Origin: Leptolyngbyaceae cyanobacterium
GTDB lineage: Bacteria; Cyanobacteriota; Cyanobacteriia; Phormidesmidales; Phormidesmidaceae
Reading direction: 5' to 3'
Assembly: GCA_965263355.1 (NCBI GenBank)
Contig: CBDHHL010000033.1
Coordinates: 10,680 to 74,679 of the forward strand
DNA: 64,000 bases
Part shown: one piece after another, positions 29,075 to 38,459 of the stretch
Position numbering within the stretch: the first letter of the stretch is position 1
How the letters are laid out: every line of letters starts with the position of its first letter
Notes under the pieces: generated by a model
The model's database searches: none
The model's input: the letters and a program-made list of their open reading frames with translations, nothing else
Told to the model about the DNA's origin: nothing
Position numbers and translations under genes: made by a program

Positions 29075-29105
29075 AAGGGGGAGTTGTTGCGGCTCCCCCT
29101 TTTTA
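29075..29105. terminator. Intrinsic terminator-like hairpin
   Basis: AAGGGGGAG/CTCCCCCTT followed by a T-tract on +. Confidence 0.6.
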
Positions 29106-29113
29106 TTGAGGGA

Positions 29114-30133
29114 TTACAATGGGATATCAGCCATAGCAACGGATTTGGTGGCAATCGTCTGGACGCCAGCCCCAACTAGTTGTTTTTGCTCTACAACCTC
29201 ACCCTGAACCTGCTTCGGTTGGGCAGCAGACACTAACTTCTCTGCCTTAGGCTCACGGGAAAAGAACCCGCAATTTACGCGAATCCCGCCGCCGACTTCC
29301 TCCTTGGAGGATATATTGAATGTCAGTGGCTTATTGGCTTCCAGTGTTTTGGTGTAAATTTTGGTGTTCCTGAGAAGCGCCTGTTCCAAGCGCTTCCCTT
29401 TACTCATCACAGGACCAATGCCTTCAAGATGGATTAACCAACTGCGGCCATATTCAGGGTGTGGATCATTCTCTTCGATGTCGTATACCCGATATTCGCC
29501 ACACTCAAGATCATTAAGTGGCGTCCAATTTCCACCAGATGGGGGAGCCTTCAGTAATTCAGATACTTTATCTATCTGACCTTTGGAGAACCAAGATTTT
29601 ACTTTAGCTTTTTGATGGCCGATAGATGTTTCAAGTATGAATGGGACCTCAAAAGACTCATCAACAACATCAAAATATCCATCGAAATTAATCACCAAAG
29701 CTTTGATATCATTGCCATTTTCGTCTTTGGTCTCGCGCTCTTCTACGCCAACCTCGCCAACTGCTTCCCCGCATGTGATTTCAGAACCCTTGATTTGCAA
29801 CATGTAAAAGTCATTGCAAATTCGCATTGTAGGGATGCCATTCTCTCCCTTGAAAATTGCAGGCCCATACACTTGCTCGATGATGCCTTCGCCGTCACAC
29901 TTGACGACTAAGGCATCGTCAGACTGAGCCTCAACACACCCAGGTTTAACAGAGTCTAAAAAATAAATGTACGTTTCAATAGCCTTGAACACTTCTGGCG
30001 CATCATCAGAGCCGATCCCAACTTCAATTAGGTGAACTATCGTTTGCTCTAGCTCCTGACGAGTAACTGTTGAGTACCCCTTGGGGTACTCGTTGTCTTG
30101 AAGAAAAGAAAAGCTGTCAACATCGAATTTCAT
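29114..30133 (-). CDS. Putative ssDNA-binding/recombination protein
   Basis: Acidic, ends DIPL (SSB-like DIPF tail), next to the helicase. Confidence 0.45.
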   Translation of the reverse strand: MKFDVDSFSFLQDNEYPKGYSTVTRQELEQTIVHLIEVGIGSDDAPEVFKAIETYIYFLDSVKPGCVEAQSDDALVVKCDGEGIIEQVYGPAIFKGENGIPTMRICNDFYMLQIKGSEITCGEAVGEVGVEERETKDENGNDIKALVINFDGYFDVVDESFEVPFILETSIGHQKAKVKSWFSKGQIDKVSELLKAPPSGGNWTPLNDLECGEYRVYDIEENDPHPEYGRSWLIHLEGIGPVMSKGKRLEQALLRNTKIYTKTLEANKPLTFNISSKEEVGGGIRVNCGFFSREPKAEKLVSAAQPKQVQGEVVEQKQLVGAGVQTIATKSVAMADIPL

Positions 30134-30216
30134 TGGTTTTAATCCTCATTAATTTTGTGATAATTTCTCCGGGTTTAACGCCACGCCAGAACCGGGCGAA
30201 TTAATCTCATTGCCAG

Positions 30217-30474
30217 TCAGAAACCTTCCACCAACTCAAGCCCAAACTCTTTGTACACCCGAAATACAGCCTTTCGGTAGAGCTCGACATTGCTGCTACC
30301 AACCATCCTGTTCAGCCCGAAACATACAGGCACTCTGTGCGCACTGCGCGCAAACTCTCGGCGCAATACGCCAAGTTCGGGGAGTCGCATAATGTTGCGG
30401 TTGGCTTCATTCAGTCGCTCGTCGAGCGAGCGGTGTTGCAGCTCAATTGGCTGCAGATCATGGATTATTTTCAT
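30217..30474 (-). CDS. Hypothetical protein
   Basis: ATGA-coupled to rusA. Confidence 0.55.
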   Translation of the reverse strand: MKIIHDLQPIELQHRSLDERLNEANRNIMRLPELGVLRREFARSAHRVPVCFGLNRMVGSSNVELYRKAVFRVYKEFGLELVEGF

Positions 30475-30839
30475 GACTCCTCTGACGTACTTAAAACAAC
30501 TACAGCCTTGGGCTCAACTTTCTTTTTCCAGTCCAACGCAATCGTCAGGCTGGGCACCCGTCTCATGTTGTCGTCCACCAGCACTTTTGCCTGAACCAAT
30601 GCGTCCAGAATCGAGCCAGCTACGTTGTCGGCATCGCCTTGGCGGTTGTGCTGACCTGTTAAGCTGATGGTGACTTCGGCCTGTTCTAAAGGCTGCTGCT
30701 TCCACTGCCCAGAGATATCCGCTATCGCCCCACGCTTCCACTCGTTATACCGATGGGGGTGGTAGGTGCCGTTAGCAGTTGTTCTTGCCCTGGCCTTGGG
30801 GACGATTGGGCCAATCAGTTCAAAGGTGTAGACGCTCAC
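30471..30839 (-). CDS. rusA: RusA-family Holliday junction resolvase
   Basis: PKARAR; DADNVAGSILDAL...DD. Confidence 0.88.
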   Translation of the reverse strand: MSVYTFELIGPIVPKARARTTANGTYHPHRYNEWKRGAIADISGQWKQQPLEQAEVTISLTGQHNRQGDADNVAGSILDALVQAKVLVDDNMRRVPSLTIALDWKKKVEPKAVVVLSTSEES

Positions 30840-31039
30840 GGCTTCTCCCAAAAGTGAAGTGGTTTAGCCGAGCCTTTCTGAATCACCCCATCAATCGAGT
30901 GGATTGTCCCCTGGCCCAAATAATTCCAGGTTTTGTAGATGGCGCTCTTGCTTGAGCCGCACGCGTCATAGTTAACCAGCTGGTCATTAATTAGTGCGGT
31001 GCACTTAGACGTTTTTTCGTCACTTAGCTTTATTCTCAT
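30836..31039 (-). CDS. Hypothetical protein
   Basis: Coupled ORF. Confidence 0.5.
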   Translation of the reverse strand: MRIKLSDEKTSKCTALINDQLVNYDACGSSKSAIYKTWNYLGQGTIHSIDGVIQKGSAKPLHFWEKP

Positions 31040-31443
31040 TCTTCTTCAATCCCCAAAAACTCCAAGAGACCAGGCCCGACAACCGCTAACCCATACCCCA
31101 AGGACAAGTCCTCAGAGTCCTTAGGTAGCCAAGCAAGCTGACGCCTATCTGGGAACCGCTTAATCACTTCAGACCTTTCAGCCGCAAAGCGCCATGGAGC
31201 TGGGCATTCTGGCGGTTCTCCAGGTGACCCTAGGCAAAGCCAAAAGCCATCCAAGGAAAATATCTTAAATGCCTCAAAATCCCCTGGCTCATCCAGTTGG
31301 GTAGACAGGATATATCGCCAGTCTGCGAGCGAGTCGCAGCAGTCGATGCATCCGTAGTAGATGTCGCGTAGGGCACTTACCCCACACGTACTTTCTGTAA
31401 ATTTGCGATAAACTGCGTACAAATATTCTGCGGGGTTTATCAT
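31036..31443 (-). CDS. Hypothetical protein
   Basis: Coupled ORF. Confidence 0.6.
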   Translation of the reverse strand: MINPAEYLYAVYRKFTESTCGVSALRDIYYGCIDCCDSLADWRYILSTQLDEPGDFEAFKIFSLDGFWLCLGSPGEPPECPAPWRFAAERSEVIKRFPDRRQLAWLPKDSEDLSLGYGLAVVGPGLLEFLGIEEE

Positions 31444-31470
31444 GACTAGAGTCCACTATCTTGTTAAACG

Positions 31471-31504
31471 ACGGCTGAAGGCTTCAGTGGCTTCAGCCGT
31501 TTTT
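31471..31504. terminator. Terminator-like hairpin after the cro-like gene
   Basis: ACGGCTGAAG/CTTCAGCCGT 10-bp stem. Confidence 0.6.
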
Positions 31505-31683
31505 CATGCTGCTTCCCTTTCTTTGTGCGCCTCTTTCCGAAGGGCGAGCAACAATAGTTGACCGCCAATCCGCCCAAGCGATTCCCTGGAGCGAATCTGT
31601 GCCTTGTGAAGCTTCAGTTTGTCTAAAACGTCACTTGGAATCCAGAGCGCTTCTAATCTTTCCCCTGTAGTTAAAGTAGGCAT
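31504..31683 (-). CDS. 59-aa Arc/RHH-like regulator in a cro-like position (missed by ORF track)
   Basis: MPTLTTGERLEALWIPSDVLDKLKLHKAQIRSRESLGRIGGQLLLLALRKEAHKEREAA, first gene behind a consensus promoter. Confidence 0.7.
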   Translation of the reverse strand: MPTLTTGERLEALWIPSDVLDKLKLHKAQIRSRESLGRIGGQLLLLALRKEAHKEREAA

Positions 31684-31707
31684 TTTCTTTGTGTCGCTAC
31701 TTATCGA

Positions 31708-31736
31708 ATTATATAACCTCAGTTACGAAAACGCAA
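31708..31736 (-). promoter_or_regulatory. Leftward sigma70-type promoter
   Basis: TTGCGT-17 nt-TATAAT. Confidence 0.75.
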
Positions 31737-31846
31737 ACGAGATTTGTTTTTTGATCCTGAATTCGTTAGTTTATGTCACGTCCAAAATTGCTGAAACCTT
31801 TCAATATTGAGGCTTTCAAAAATACAATTAGCGGAGCAAGATAGCG

Positions 31847-32272
31847 ATGGTTTGTATTGTGGATACTAAAGGGAAAACGTATAAAGGGAAGCGGTACTTT
31901 GGACAGTCAATTAATGATTTCAAGCAAAACCCTTCGTTGTGGCCGGGTTCGCTCGTTTCGTACTTTGAATCAATCCCCGTAAAGGAACGGCAGCGAGGGC
32001 TAACTGTATCAATGCTTTTGGACTGGCTCGCTCAAGAAACGGGCATAGAGGAGCTGTCAGAAGGTTCCAGTAAGCACAAAAGCTACGTAACTTTATTGGG
32101 CCGCTATATAAGGTGGAGCTACAACCCAGCGGAAACAGGAGCACAGGATGTACTCCTGTTGTCAGCAATTGCGCACTGCGGAATTATCCGTGATGCTCAG
32201 GGCTTGCCACTGAACGACGTGAAGACGTTAGCGAGGTTGATGAATGGGGATTACGATGACGCAGTACTGTAG
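31847..32272 (+). CDS. Hypothetical protein, candidate immunity repressor
   Basis: Lies between the two matching divergent promoters; no clear HTH. Confidence 0.45.
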   Translation: MVCIVDTKGKTYKGKRYFGQSINDFKQNPSLWPGSLVSYFESIPVKERQRGLTVSMLLDWLAQETGIEELSEGSSKHKSYVTLLGRYIRWSYNPAETGAQDVLLLSAIAHCGIIRDAQGLPLNDVKTLARLMNGDYDDAVL

Positions 32273-32435
32273 CTAGAGCCTCCGCGTCCCACACAGCACA
32301 TAGTCCTTTAGAATTCCGCAGGGTTAAGCAAGTTTGATCGCTTAACTCTGCGGAATTGATTTGATCTGGATTAGATAGATATTCATCTAATCGCCTTCTA
32401 TCGTCCCTATCATCCGTATTTATATAAGTGTTCAC
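32184..32435 (-). CDS. Hypothetical protein convergent with the candidate repressor
   Basis: GTG start, protein-like N-terminal half. Confidence 0.35.
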   Translation of the reverse strand: MNTYINTDDRDDRRRLDEYLSNPDQINSAELSDQTCLTLRNSKGLCAVWDAEALATVLRHRNPHSSTSLTSSRRSVASPEHHG

Positions 32436-32512
32436 AATTGATTCTCAGGGGTTCACAGTTACTAGAATCACATGTTCGACTCAAGCGCATTATGACCAGA
32501 TAACCACAAAAC

Positions 32513-32530
32513 ATGTGATTTACGTCACAT
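32513..32530. promoter_or_regulatory. CRP/SYCRP1 consensus site
   Basis: A-TGTGA-TTTACG-TCACA-T. Confidence 0.7.
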
Positions 32531-32595
32531 TCTCTAGCTGATTTACTCCGACGAAGGATAGACGTGACTCAATACATTTCTTTTCCGTAACTCAC

Positions 32596-32624
32596 TTGCG
32601 TTTTTGAATCTGACCTTATATACT
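32596..32624 (+). promoter_or_regulatory. Rightward sigma70-type promoter
   Basis: TTGCGT-17 nt-TATACT. Confidence 0.75.
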
Positions 32625-32802
32625 TATATAAGAACGCAAGATCAGCTATGGCCAACATCACCGCACCTACTACGGCGCAAGAAATGGCCCGCTAAGCGCC
32701 AGCCACTATTCTTGCGCACCAGGTGTGCGTAGTGTGGCATTGCTGCAACTGCGGCTAGGCGCTGAATTCGATCTCGACTGCTGTGCAGAACTCTAGGAAG
32801 CT

Positions 32803-33135
32803 ATGAAGTACCGTATCCACACCTACAGACAGGTCGCCTCTGCGCTGTGGGAAGTCCCTGAGTACAGGCAGCATCGTTACAGCCATTTACCAGGCCGCAA
32901 CGCTGGGAAGCCAGGGGAGAAGTTTCTGTGCTGGTCCCACTGTGAGGGGAAGGGCGGCATGATCAGGCTCACTCGCTGCAATGCCAAGTCTGCGGGGACG
33001 ACGGTTAAATCACTGCTAAGAGCGTATCCGTCTGAGTGGTACGTGGTTGGTAGTCAGGGCGTGTGGATTGCGTTCCCTGATGCGATTCGGTACGGGGACG
33101 ACTTGCGAGAGTTTAGTTATGTAGGGGTGGCATGA
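32803..33135 (+). CDS. Hypothetical protein
   Basis: First sizeable ORF of the rightward early arm. Confidence 0.6.
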   Translation: MKYRIHTYRQVASALWEVPEYRQHRYSHLPGRNAGKPGEKFLCWSHCEGKGGMIRLTRCNAKSAGTTVKSLLRAYPSEWYVVGSQGVWIAFPDAIRYGDDLREFSYVGVA

Positions 33136-33210
33136 CGCTTTGCCCTGGCCATCGTTGACTTGCCTATGCGGCCAGGGCTTTTCTGTTGTTGTTTTTTTTG
33201 GAGAAAGATT

Positions 33211-33504
33211 GTGGAGTTTGATGTTCAAGCGTTTAAGGACGCAGTACTGCAGCGATGCAGAAAAGAGATGCCTGATACTCCGAGTGACGCGGAGGTTAGG
33301 CTGAGCATGCCTTCTAGCGACGATCCTCGCTTATGGGTAGACATTGTTAGTAACGAGTTCTACGAGAATACTGCTGCGAAGTATCAGAAAGAATTCCCAG
33401 GCGACGAGCCAATGGGTGAGCCTGTTTTTGCTCAATACATCCTAGTGAGTAATGAACTTCTGCAGGAAAAGTGCCCTGAGTTTTATGAGGCATATGGCCA
33501 ATGA
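33211..33504 (+). CDS. Hypothetical protein
   Basis: GGAG SD before GTG 33211. Confidence 0.55.
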   Translation: MEFDVQAFKDAVLQRCRKEMPDTPSDAEVRLSMPSSDDPRLWVDIVSNEFYENTAAKYQKEFPGDEPMGEPVFAQYILVSNELLQEKCPEFYEAYGQ

Positions 33505-34040
33505 ATAATCCAGTGTTCCAGCGAAACTCCCTCGGGTTTTGGTGCTGGAAAACAGCGTTGGTGCAGTCGGATACGTTGTTCCCCAGTAAAGAGGAAGCCA
33601 GAGAGGACTATCGGAGCTGGGCTGCAGTTTATAAAAATGATGAGGATTTGTTTTAACCATGCACACCCTATTGTCCATAGGTCAGCTGTTGTTAATGATC
33701 GCCGTTGCCCTCAGCGGTTGGGTGATCATTTGGAGGTTTGCGAATGCTTAGATCAAGAGGAATCCCGTTATCTGTCAATAACGAGGAGTGGGTGTACGGG
33801 ACGCCCAAGAAATTTATACCAGGGTGGCCTTTGAGCCCTGTTGATACATGGGACTGGTGGAACAACTTTTATTCAAACAGAAAGAAGCATCAGGGCAAGC
33901 GAGCCAGACGACGAAACCGATGGAGGAAACGCAATGTTTGAAGTTTTAATTTTAGTAGCCACTGTCGCCCTCGCCGTACCGTTAATTATTGGGGCATTGT
34001 ACGTGGTGCTTTGGCCAAGATGTGACTTTGATGGGAGGCA

Positions 34041-34289
34041 GTGACGGTGATTGATGCACTAAATCTTTCGAAGATTAACGCCTTACCTCAGCCGCTGACG
34101 GCGCAGATCAGAGGTAACGAATGGCCAATATTCGATATTGAAGTGTCATCGGCGTTGGCCCGGATCGACGTAATGAACCAGCTAGAGTGTATTTCCTTTA
34201 GCGAAATAAGTGTGATTGTTGATGCTGATGGACAGGAACATGATCCTGATACGTTTTGGAGTGACTTTGATGGGAGGGAACGGAGGTGA
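34041..34289 (+). CDS. Hypothetical protein flanked by 17-bp direct repeats
   Basis: GTGA coupling at both ends. Confidence 0.6.
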   Translation: MTVIDALNLSKINALPQPLTAQIRGNEWPIFDIEVSSALARIDVMNQLECISFSEISVIVDADGQEHDPDTFWSDFDGRERR

Positions 34290-34657
34290 AAACAATATCT
34301 GACGAATTAACAGGCATTCAACACGCCCATACGTTAAGTACTGAAGCCGAGTGTGATTTGAACTTAGCCCTGCCTGGTGGCCCCGTCCTTAGTGGCGATA
34401 GCTTAGCTTTTGCCGCCGCAAAATATATCAGACAGTTGATCAAAGAGCGAGTAGATCTGTTCGATAAGCCTCTTGATTGGCTTGAAAAATACGAAGATTA
34501 TCTAAGCACGGATGGCAGCTTAAGCCCTACAGAGTTTGGGGATCTTTTGCAAGAAAAAGAAGCTCTGGAATATATGGAGGAATGGACTCCTGAGGAACAA
34601 AAGCGGCTTGAAGAAATAGACAGAATCCTAAACCCCGACGAGCCGCCGACTTACTAA
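34286..34657 (+). CDS. Hypothetical protein
   Basis: GGAGG SD. Confidence 0.6.
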   Translation: MKTISDELTGIQHAHTLSTEAECDLNLALPGGPVLSGDSLAFAAAKYIRQLIKERVDLFDKPLDWLEKYEDYLSTDGSLSPTEFGDLLQEKEALEYMEEWTPEEQKRLEEIDRILNPDEPPTY

Positions 34658-35103
34658 CCCTTCACCCCAGCACAGTGCAGTCACCACAGACAGCGTGGCC
34701 GTCCGGGCAGTGCGGACCTGGGGCATCCCCTGAAAAGGGAGAATTGACAACGGAGAACATATGAGAAATGAACCAATTACACCCCCAACCAATGGGGTGG
34801 TAGAGCAGCCTGAAACAGGGTATCAGCGAGGCGAGTTGCTTGGGCTCAGTGCTCAGGTATGCAGCGTGGTGCTGCCTAAAATACGGGGGCAGTATGGCAA
34901 AAACTCTTAGCTCTGAGCAGTGGAAGAAGCAGGTGGCCCAGGCTATAGCCCAGAACATAGGGCCAACTGGAAACCAACAGATCCTGGACCTATCAATAGA
35001 CAGATACGCATCGCTGGTCAAACTGCCATCAGAAACACTAGAAGAACGCGGCAGAGTGGTTCGACGGGCGATCGCAGATTATCCACAACTATTCAATTGA
35101 ACT

Positions 35104-35388
35104 ATGAAACAACAACCAAACACACCCAGGGTCATCCAACGACCCTATCGAAATAGCTCAGGTGAAATTGTCAACCTCGACTTTGACCGAACCACTGGAG
35201 AAACCTTTCTCTATGGCCGTTGGTGGGATGAAGCCGCTTTAAGGCAGATCGGCGTTCTTCAGCAATCGATCACCAAGCCCCTGCCTACTCCGAAGCCCCT
35301 CCCATTCGGCGACCCTAACAAATATGAGGGCCGTTGGAGGACAACTCGAACTCGCGGGTCCAAAGAGGGGACGGGGAAGTTTATTTAA
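35104..35388 (+). CDS. Hypothetical protein
   Basis: Packed early ORF. Confidence 0.5.
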   Translation: MKQQPNTPRVIQRPYRNSSGEIVNLDFDRTTGETFLYGRWWDEAALRQIGVLQQSITKPLPTPKPLPFGDPNKYEGRWRTTRTRGSKEGTGKFI

Positions 35389-35535
35389 TGGAACTACTCA
35401 GCTTTTTGTTGGAAGGAAGTAGTAGCGAGGCGGCGTTAAATCGTGCTGCTGTCGATGCGGAGGCAAAGCCAGAAGTGATTTCGTCGGAGTCGCTACTGCT
35501 TGAACTTTTTGGAAAGACTTATTCGCAGGAGAAAG

Positions 35536-35742
35536 ATGACAAGACAACTTAATACTATTAGCTCGGAAGTCGAACTGCCTGAAGCTCTTGACGAGTCAAT
35601 CACGAAATATTTAGAGGCTCACCCTCGATGGAGTAAAGAGAGATTAGACCAAGCCGCATACTCGTTGTTCCTGATGCAGAACGGGGTTAAAGACCCTGCT
35701 GTTAATGCACTGTACTTAGATAGTTTATTCGGAGAGGCATAA
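35536..35742 (+). CDS. DUF2811-like cyanobacterial protein
   Basis: EVELPEALDESITKYLEAHPRWSKERLDQAAYSLFLMQNG. Confidence 0.75.
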   Translation: MTRQLNTISSEVELPEALDESITKYLEAHPRWSKERLDQAAYSLFLMQNGVKDPAVNALYLDSLFGEA

Positions 35743-36449
35743 GATGCTTTATATATCAACAAAGCGCAAAACGATGAATTTTGAAATTGTAGGAGTGTGG
35801 TTTCAAAAAATTCATACAACCCTTGAATCCGCAAAAAGCACGTTCCCGCATGACTGCAAAACTTCAATAGAAAGCTGCGAAGAGAACGACGGCGGCCCAT
35901 ACGGGTCTCTGAACAACGCAACATTCTATTACGTCCAGGTCAAAGCGCCTGAAGATACCGACAAACGCTTTATCGAAGGCATCCGCAGCATCTTGGACGC
36001 AGTTGCAAGCTAGTTTAATTTTAACCCGGTGGTCAGCTGTCAACTCCCCACCGGGCACCCACCACAAAGGAAGGATAAATCGATGATACGACTATTATGC
36101 GTGACCATGCTAGTGCTAACAGCCGCAAACCCAGCTATAGCTGAAACCCGGCAAGGGCTACCAAGTGATGACGTGCTCTGCAGTGCGCGGTCTTGTCCTA
36201 GGGCTGAATTCTGGCCTACAGACGACGATCAAGCACCCGAACCCTGCGAAGAGTGCGCATTGGGGGGAGCAGGTCGATGAGCCCAGGCGACACAGTGACT
36301 ATAGATTCTGATGCTACAAGGCTGACTCGGTGGCAAGCCCCGTACGCAGGCCAGACAGGCACTGTTGTTAGCGTTGGCCTGACAACAGCCAGGGTGAAAT
36401 TCGCCAACGGCTCAATGCTTAATTTTCAGTTTGCGAGTTTGGAGACAGT

Positions 36450-36632
36450 ATGAGACAAAAAATAAAAAGCCTTCTGATTAGCTACGGATACAGCGACGAT
36501 GAGGCCGAAAAGTGGCTTAAGGCCCCACACAGAGAGCTAGAGGGCAGCACTCCCGACAGCCTAATCAGCGCTGGGGCAGGGCAGGTTGTTTTGGAGCTGA
36601 TACTTTCCTGGGAGTCAGGAACCCCAAGCTAG
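36450..36632 (+). CDS. Stand-alone Xre/MbcA/ParS-type antitoxin toxin-binding domain (DUF2384-like)
   Basis: AEKWLKAPHRELEGSTPDSLISAGAGQVVLELI. Confidence 0.75.
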   Translation: MRQKIKSLLISYGYSDDEAEKWLKAPHRELEGSTPDSLISAGAGQVVLELILSWESGTPS

Positions 36633-36657
36633 AATAAAGCCAACCTGATGGATAGAT

Positions 36658-36688
36658 AACGCAGTCTTTCGAGGCTGCGTTTTTTGTT
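36658..36688 (+). terminator. Intrinsic terminator
   Basis: AACGCAGTCT-TTCG-AGGCTGCGTT followed by T-tract. Confidence 0.8.
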
Positions 36689-36691
36689 GGG

Positions 36692-37061
36692 CTATTGATA
36701 TAGTTCGGTGTCAGGGCTTGAGAGTAGAGTGAATCGGCCATCAGTGAATTCGTCGAGGGGGCGTAACCAGCATCGCCCGTTAGGCTCGCATTCTCTGGGG
36801 TTTGTGTTTTCATATGCCACGCACTTAGCGCCCAATGGGGGATTAGCATATATTGCCTGGTCGATACTCGTATACAGGTAATGCAAAGTTTCGGAGCCGT
36901 GTAACCTGTATTGGCGCCATGGCCTGAAAAAGTAACTATGGCCTGTGTCTTCCCCCCCCAGGCTGCACAATCGCAATCACGCGATACTCGTGCCACTTGT
37001 CCGCAGTAGGATCATGCTTGCGGTGTCGATAGATTTGGCCGGGCTTGGGTTCTTTGGTCAT
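36692..37061 (-). pseudogene. DUF1653-like gene frameshifted in a G8 run
   Basis: KPGQIYRH N-terminus and WLRPLDEF C-terminus are in different frames; removing one G (36952-36959) restores 122 aa. Confidence 0.75.
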
Positions 37062-37063
37062 TC

Positions 37064-37270
37064 TTACTCCAATGGATAGCTTTTGTTTTCTTCAAATAGA
37101 AGCCCCTGCATAACAACCTCTGCATCGCTTAGCGGTTCTTTTTGCCCGTACGGGTCTACTGCTGGTGTTCCGCAATGGCTACAAATAGGACCACCTTTCA
37201 CACGCCATGTAGTAAATTCCTTTACACGGCATTCAGGATTTTCACATTTTGTCCATCGGCTCATATTCAA
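37064..37270 (-). CDS. Small zinc-ribbon protein
   Basis: CENPEC...CSHCG. Confidence 0.55.
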   Translation of the reverse strand: MNMSRWTKCENPECRVKEFTTWRVKGGPICSHCGTPAVDPYGQKEPLSDAEVVMQGLLFEENKSYPLE

Positions 37271-37613
37271 TTAACCCCAAACACAACAAAACTCCGCTCA
37301 GCCTATTTGGCCAAACAGAGTGCAATCTTCTATTTCATTTGGTAGAATTGTAGTGACATTTCGCAAGTTTTGGTTGCGTTCTCGTCATTTAGTCATTCGT
37401 AAGTAGCGTTACGTCTGACTTCCAAAATTATAGCAAATTAAACAGCCGCTGGAGCTATGCCCTGGCGGTTTTGCTATGTCTGGGAGATATCCGCTGCAAT
37501 GACCATGCCCGCTGCTTTCGCGATATCAGACGCCTAGGGCTGGCAGCGGGCTTATTGGGGTTTAGGGTTGAGGTTTTGTTGGGTTATAGTCTTGGTAGCG
37601 AGAAACCTTGATT

Positions 37614-38279
37614 ATGACAAAACTATTGCTGATTGATCTTGACGGCACTGCACGCAGAACGATATCAGGCCAGGTGTGCCCCACATACCCCAAGGACCAA
37701 GTTTTAATTGCGAAGACAGCCAACCTTTGCCAAAGACTAAAAGCAGCTCATTGGGTTATCGTCGCTGTTACCAACCAAGGTGGTTGTGAGGACATCAACC
37801 CTGACACTGGCAAGCCATATAAAACCCATCTCCAGGCTGTTGCAGAGTGCAAGTATTTTCTTGATATAGCCCCATGGTGCGACTGGATATATATGTGTCC
37901 GAACGGGAAAATGAGCGATCGCGATGAGGTTTATCGCGTATCCCGTTGTAGTTGGCTGGCCCCATTCCGAAAGTACTCAGTTGTTCACGAGCATAACGAC
38001 GACCATCCGCATTATCAAACTCAAGGCTACCGCAAGCCAAAGCCAGGGATGCTGGAACTTGCTATCAGAGACCAAGAAGGGATGGAGTATGCCGAGGCAA
38101 GATCCCTGGGCATACGTGAACGGGATATGGAGATTGACGTGAAGGCGCTAATGGTTGGTGACATGGAAAGCGACTGGATTGCCGCTTCTGCGCTGAAGCT
38201 GCCTTACTTGCCTGTTAAAGAGTTTCAACTGGAGACAGTAGAGAGCCTGGAACGACTCTTAGATATCTCTAGCAATTAA
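37614..38279 (+). CDS. HAD-family phosphatase (polynucleotide 3'-phosphatase/GmhB-like)
   Basis: DLDGT, VTNQGG, RKPKPGM, MVGDMESD. Confidence 0.88.
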   Translation: MTKLLLIDLDGTARRTISGQVCPTYPKDQVLIAKTANLCQRLKAAHWVIVAVTNQGGCEDINPDTGKPYKTHLQAVAECKYFLDIAPWCDWIYMCPNGKMSDRDEVYRVSRCSWLAPFRKYSVVHEHNDDHPHYQTQGYRKPKPGMLELAIRDQEGMEYAEARSLGIRERDMEIDVKALMVGDMESDWIAASALKLPYLPVKEFQLETVESLERLLDISSN

Positions 38280-38459
38280 CTGACTTGCTAACCAACGCAA
38301 CACGATCTCTAACTCAGTTGAGTTCTCGGTCGATTCAATGCTTAATTCGTGCAGTGTGTGGAGCATGGGTTATTCCCTCGCTTAAATTTATAGTCTTGGC
38401 CTTGGGCCTTTTCTTCCAAAGCCACCGATGGCAGCTTATCCAATTGGATATCAGCTGGG

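Noticed and set aside
32259..33250. GACGCAGTACTG repeated at about 32259 and 33238
   Set aside because: Both copies are coding (DAVL); probably chance.
34665..34724. tRNA gene
   Set aside because: Lacks D-arm and TTC consensus and is too short.
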